Origin: a virus
Taxonomy: Duplodnaviria > Caudoviricetes
IMG/VR virus record: IMGVR_UViG_3300048762_000194
Span: 1 to 37,138 of that record
Length of the DNA: 37,138 nucleotides
Reading direction: 5' to 3' (one strand)
Below are positions 33,988-37,138 of the stretch, one piece after another; position 1 is the stretch's first letter; each line of letters opens with the position of its first letter. Made by a program: the position numbers and the translations under genes. Under the pieces are notes generated by a model. The model did not search any database, was not told where the DNA came from, and worked only from the letters and a program-made list of their open reading frames with translations.

Positions 33988-34437
33988 TCAGACCGACCTC
34001 ACCCAGGCCCTGTATCGCCACAGCCCGAAAAACTCCCTTAGATCCTTGTCGTACTCTCCGCTGCAGCCGCCCGCCATCCGTCGCATGTACCGCATGGCGT
34101 TATGAGTCGGGTCCGGCAGCGGCAAAACGACCTTGTTTAGGCTCACGTCAAGCTGATACCGGATCGCCGACAGCACCCCGCTTCCCCTCTTTGCCGTCCA
34201 CGCCTCGAAATCGTAATACTCGCTCTCTTCGTTCCAGGTCGGAGCAAACAGCGAGTCCGGGTCCAGCACGCACTCCCTAAACGTCACCACGTCGCCGGCC
34301 GCCCCCAGCGGCGGCAACTCACTCCGTTTTGCGTAGAAGATCGCCGGCTGTCCGCCCGTCTGCGTCCCCAGCAGCGCACACAACGCCGTGTTCGCCCGCA
34401 GCGCTGTCAGTATCGCCTGATTCACCGCCTGGCTCAT
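33988..34437 (-). CDS. Tail terminator / completion protein
   Basis: QAILTALRANTALCALLG...YDFEAW; immediately upstream of the tube; ATGA overlap. Confidence 0.75.
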   Translation of the reverse strand: MSQAVNQAILTALRANTALCALLGTQTGGQPAIFYAKRSELPPLGAAGDVVTFRECVLDPDSLFAPTWNEESEYYDFEAWTAKRGSGVLSAIRYQLDVSLNKVVLPLPDPTHNAMRYMRRMAGGCSGEYDKDLREFFGLWRYRAWVRSV

Positions 34438-34889
34438 CCGCCCCCGCCAATCTCCGTCGTGTTGCCCGCCATTGTGCTGCTCATCGCCTCGGTCGGCGCA
34501 TCTCGTTTCCCCACCGCCATGCTCGCCGTCATTGCCGCTGCCGTCATGCACCCCCGCTTAACCAGGATCTCAAGGATCTGCGGCTTGCACGCCAGGATCG
34601 CCGGCCAGAGCCAGGCCCATTTCCCATCCCGGGCGAGCTCGAGGAAAACATCGTAGTCCATCCCCGCGTGCAGGCTAACCACAACCTCATCGATGTCGGC
34701 CTTGACGATCCCGGCCTCCGTCGAGTTCTGCGTGTTCTGAGTGCGCGGCTGCCACTCGTGGTTTGCTTTGGCGTAGGTTTTCAGCAGCGACGCGATCTCC
34801 CGCATCGCCACAATCATCGCCCGCCTTTCCCCCGCGTACAGCGCCGCTATGTTTTTCTGGACCCCGCTGAGTCCGGTCACCCAACCCAT
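34434..34889 (-). CDS. HK97 gp10-like tail component
   Basis: VTGL..V.KNI, YAKANHEWQPRT.N, MDYDVFLEL..GKWAWLWPAI. Confidence 0.75.
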   Translation of the reverse strand: MGWVTGLSGVQKNIAALYAGERRAMIVAMREIASLLKTYAKANHEWQPRTQNTQNSTEAGIVKADIDEVVVSLHAGMDYDVFLELARDGKWAWLWPAILACKPQILEILVKRGCMTAAAMTASMAVGKRDAPTEAMSSTMAGNTTEIGGGG

Positions 34890-34909
34890 GTATTCGGCCC
34901 CGAATACCC

Positions 34910-37138
34910 CTACACGCCGTAGACCGAGGCGAACTCGGACTCGATTGCCGTCCGGTCTCCGTCTGACAGGGCATGGTCGAAGTGGAGCAGCCGGGCCATC
35001 TGGCCGGAAAACGCCTGCCCGTCCACCCGGCATCCGATGTAGCCACCCGTAACGCTGGCGTCGAAGGAAAATTCAGTCGCTGTATCGGTGTACTTGAGTA
35101 CGCCGTTCAGGTAGAATTTCGTCGTATGACTGGCGCTGTCATACGTCACGGTCAGCAGCATTGGCGTGCCCGCCACAATGTCGCCGCTGTAGGGATACGT
35201 GGCGGTCGTAGTGTTCCATCGTCCTAACCGGCTCGCATATTGAGTAACGTAAACCAGATCGAAATACTGGCCGCCGTAGGGGGATGGCGTTTCCGGAGCG
35301 GCAAGAGAGTATGCCCGGTCATAGGTGGGTGAGGTCGGCCGGATCACGGCCATCCAGGTGGCAGAGGCATCGCCGAAAGCCGGGTTCGCTGCCCACATGT
35401 TTGAGCCGCTGCCGTCCGCAATCCCGTCGAACCCGAGGCTCGGAGCGCCATTGAAATTCGCGTCCGATGCGTTCCAGGCTACGTTGGTCGCCCTGAAGCT
35501 GCTCGCCGATGCGCTCTGATCGGTCACGGCGGAAACGCTGCCGCCGATCTCAGTCACGCCCGCCGCAGGGTTGATGTCCAGATCGGCGCCTGCCGGCAGC
35601 ACATAGCCCGGCGTCGCATTGACCTCGCTCGAATTTGTCCCGTCCACGTCAACGTCAATAGCGCTGACCACGTAGTAGTATACCACGCCGTTGGTTCGCC
35701 CCGTGTCGATCGTTGGACTGCTGGCCACATTAGCGAAAATGATGCTGTAAGGCCCGCCCGAAACCAGCCGCCTCTTGACGTTGTATCCGGACGCTCCGCC
35801 CACGGCATCCCAGGCAATCACAACCTGGCCGTCCCCGGGCGTCGCCGATACGCCTGTCGGAGCGCTCAGCACTGGCTCGGGCGTCGCGCTCTGCGGTGCG
35901 CTGTAGGCCGTGATGGTCGATCCCACGTAGGCAGCGATCCGGTAGACGTATGCAGTGCCGTTGACCGGCGGCGATCCCGGATCGTTGGTGGAGTTGTCAG
36001 CCCAGGACACGGTCGACCCAGGTGCCACCGTCCCCACGGAGACAAACGTCGAAAACGGCGTCACGGCGCGCTGAATGCGGTAGCCATCCGCGCCCGCCAC
36101 CGGATTGTATGAGCAGTAGACCACGGAATCGCCCGCTGAGGCAATCAGTCCAGTCACCACTCCGAGTGGGGTTGCCGATCTGGTGTCGCTCCATGCGCCC
36201 GTCTCGCTGATGTTTGTGGCACGGGCCTGGTAGTCGTAGCCGGTCCCGTTGGTCAGGCCCGAATCCACGTGGGCGCCGGCAGATCCTGTGTAGACGGTCG
36301 ACCAGGCGCCCGGCCCGGCCGTTGTGCGTCGCTGCAGATCGTATGATGTCGCCCCAGCCACCGTCCCGATCGTCGCCGTCACCTGGCCACTCGCACCCGC
36401 CAGGCTCAGTGTCGGCACTCCCAGAGGTCCTACAGCGTAGAATTCGTCCGAGAACGCGCTTTCGAACGCACCTCGAACCCCAGTGACGACGTAGAAAACG
36501 TCTCCGCCCGCGGTCATATCGACAAACTCAGTGTCGGCCGTGCTGCCAACCCATGCGTAAGGGCCGCCGGTCACCAGAGACCGGTAAACCCGATACGAGT
36601 CCGCCCCGTCATCAGGCTCCCACGTCAGGGTCACCACGTCGCCATCCGCCACAGCCGCCCCATCGGTCGGCACTGCCGGACTTGCGGCATCGTCCGCTGT
36701 CTCGTCACCACCGAAGCTGAGATCGAGCAAGGCCCCGCCATTGTTTGGATCTCCGTAGGCTTTGAAACTCGTGTCCTGGATGACGAAATCTTCCGGCTTC
36801 ATATTCAGGGACCACTGATCCGAGATGCACCGGTAGATCGTCCCGATCGCCACCGCTGTCTCGGGATCGGCTGAGCTGAAGACCTGGATGCAGAACGCGG
36901 TCGGCCGAACGTTGTTAGACGCCACCGCCATCGTGGACCGTCCGGATGGCCTGTCATAGCTCAGTTCGCCACCCAGGATCAGCAGCAGCGCCCGTGCCCT
37001 GATCTGGGCTGCCTTGGCTTTGACCGAAACCTCAGACGCCACGCTCCCCACGGCGGCAGCGGTCCGGTAGAGCGGGTCGCGCAGCTCCTTGAGCGTGTGC
37101 TTCGTGTCGAGCGTGAAATCTTGCAACGCCCCGAACGG
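34910..37138 (-). CDS. Long tail-tube paralog: tube domain + 4 Fn3 + LamG/concanavalin-like domain (starts at 132 across the junction)
   Basis: N-terminal ~180 aa homologous to the 273-aa tube protein; four Fn3-like repeats (W/Y...SY.V.R...NGT.Y.Y); C-terminal LLTVTYD...FYLNG...FSGQMA..L.FDHALS. Confidence 0.85.
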   Translation of the reverse strand, partial: PFGALQDFTLDTKHTLKELRDPLYRTAAAVGSVASEVSVKAKAAQIRARALLLILGGELSYDRPSGRSTMAVASNNVRPTAFCIQVFSSADPETAVAIGTIYRCISDQWSLNMKPEDFVIQDTSFKAYGDPNNGGALLDLSFGGDETADDAASPAVPTDGAAVADGDVVTLTWEPDDGADSYRVYRSLVTGGPYAWVGSTADTEFVDMTAGGDVFYVVTGVRGAFESAFSDEFYAVGPLGVPTLSLAGASGQVTATIGTVAGATSYDLQRRTTAGPGAWSTVYTGSAGAHVDSGLTNGTGYDYQARATNISETGAWSDTRSATPLGVVTGLIASAGDSVVYCSYNPVAGADGYRIQRAVTPFSTFVSVGTVAPGSTVSWADNSTNDPGSPPVNGTAYVYRIAAYVGSTITAYSAPQSATPEPVLSAPTGVSATPGDGQVVIAWDAVGGASGYNVKRRLVSGGPYSIIFANVASSPTIDTGRTNGVVYYYVVSAIDVDVDGTNSSEVNATPGYVLPAGADLDINPAAGVTEIGGSVSAVTDQSASASSFRATNVAWNASDANFNGAPSLGFDGIADGSGSNMWAANPAFGDASATWMAVIRPTSPTYDRAYSLAAPETPSPYGGQYFDLVYVTQYASRLGRWNTTTATYPYSGDIVAGTPMLLTVTYDSASHTTKFYLNGVLKYTDTATEFSFDASVTGGYIGCRVDGQAFSGQMARLLHFDHALSDGDRTAIESEFASVYGV

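Noticed and set aside
34890-34907. Small hairpin gtattcgg-cc-ccgaatac before the gp10-like start
   Set aside because: Short stem with no second example; may affect translational coupling but is too weak to call.
703-34922. Many long antisense or alternate-frame ORFs (e.g. 703..1620, 5424..6374, 19471..20541, 29424..31148, 32758..33981)
   Set aside because: Arg/Pro-rich shadow ORFs expected in high-GC DNA, opposite well-supported genes, with no motifs.
1-37138. Alternative genetic code or stop-codon recoding
   Set aside because: Core genes are full length in the standard code, and TAA, TAG and TGA all serve as stops.

Overview
The window looks like an essentially complete, GC-rich temperate siphovirus genome of about 37.1 kb in excised circular form. 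Bases 1-36 equal 37103-37138, a gene runs across that junction, and an intact attP (3' half of tRNA-Leu(TAG) flanked by arm-type repeats) sits beside a tyrosine integrase. Three blocks are visible. (i) A leftward lysogeny operon at 10535-13397: S24 repressor, membrane protein, secreted HNH-like protein, integrase. (ii) A rightward early/replication region at 13535-23144: Cro/Xis-like HTH proteins, an initiator with internal iterons, an Erf/Rad52-like annealing protein, a large ParB, an HNH, an NDT-like protein. (iii) A ~24 kb leftward late region from 10230 through the junction to 23152: MuF, TerS, TerL, portal, protease, HK97 capsid, head-tail genes, two tail-tube paralogs, frameshifted chaperone, tape measure, Dit, hub, lysis genes. 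The most unusual observations are: a small ORF carrying a protein-conserved copy of the phage's own portal stem helix; a second tail-tube gene fused to four Fn3 domains and a LamG-like domain that shares a perfect 167-bp block with the normal tube gene; a NusG/LoaP-like KOW + winged-helix protein heading the late region, with a repeated CGGTACGCCCGA box 4 nt before late start codons; an apparent RHH-S24 repressor; and a degenerate RsbW-like protein after the lysin. All family calls come from motif recognition by eye; no database search was run and the host is not identified.
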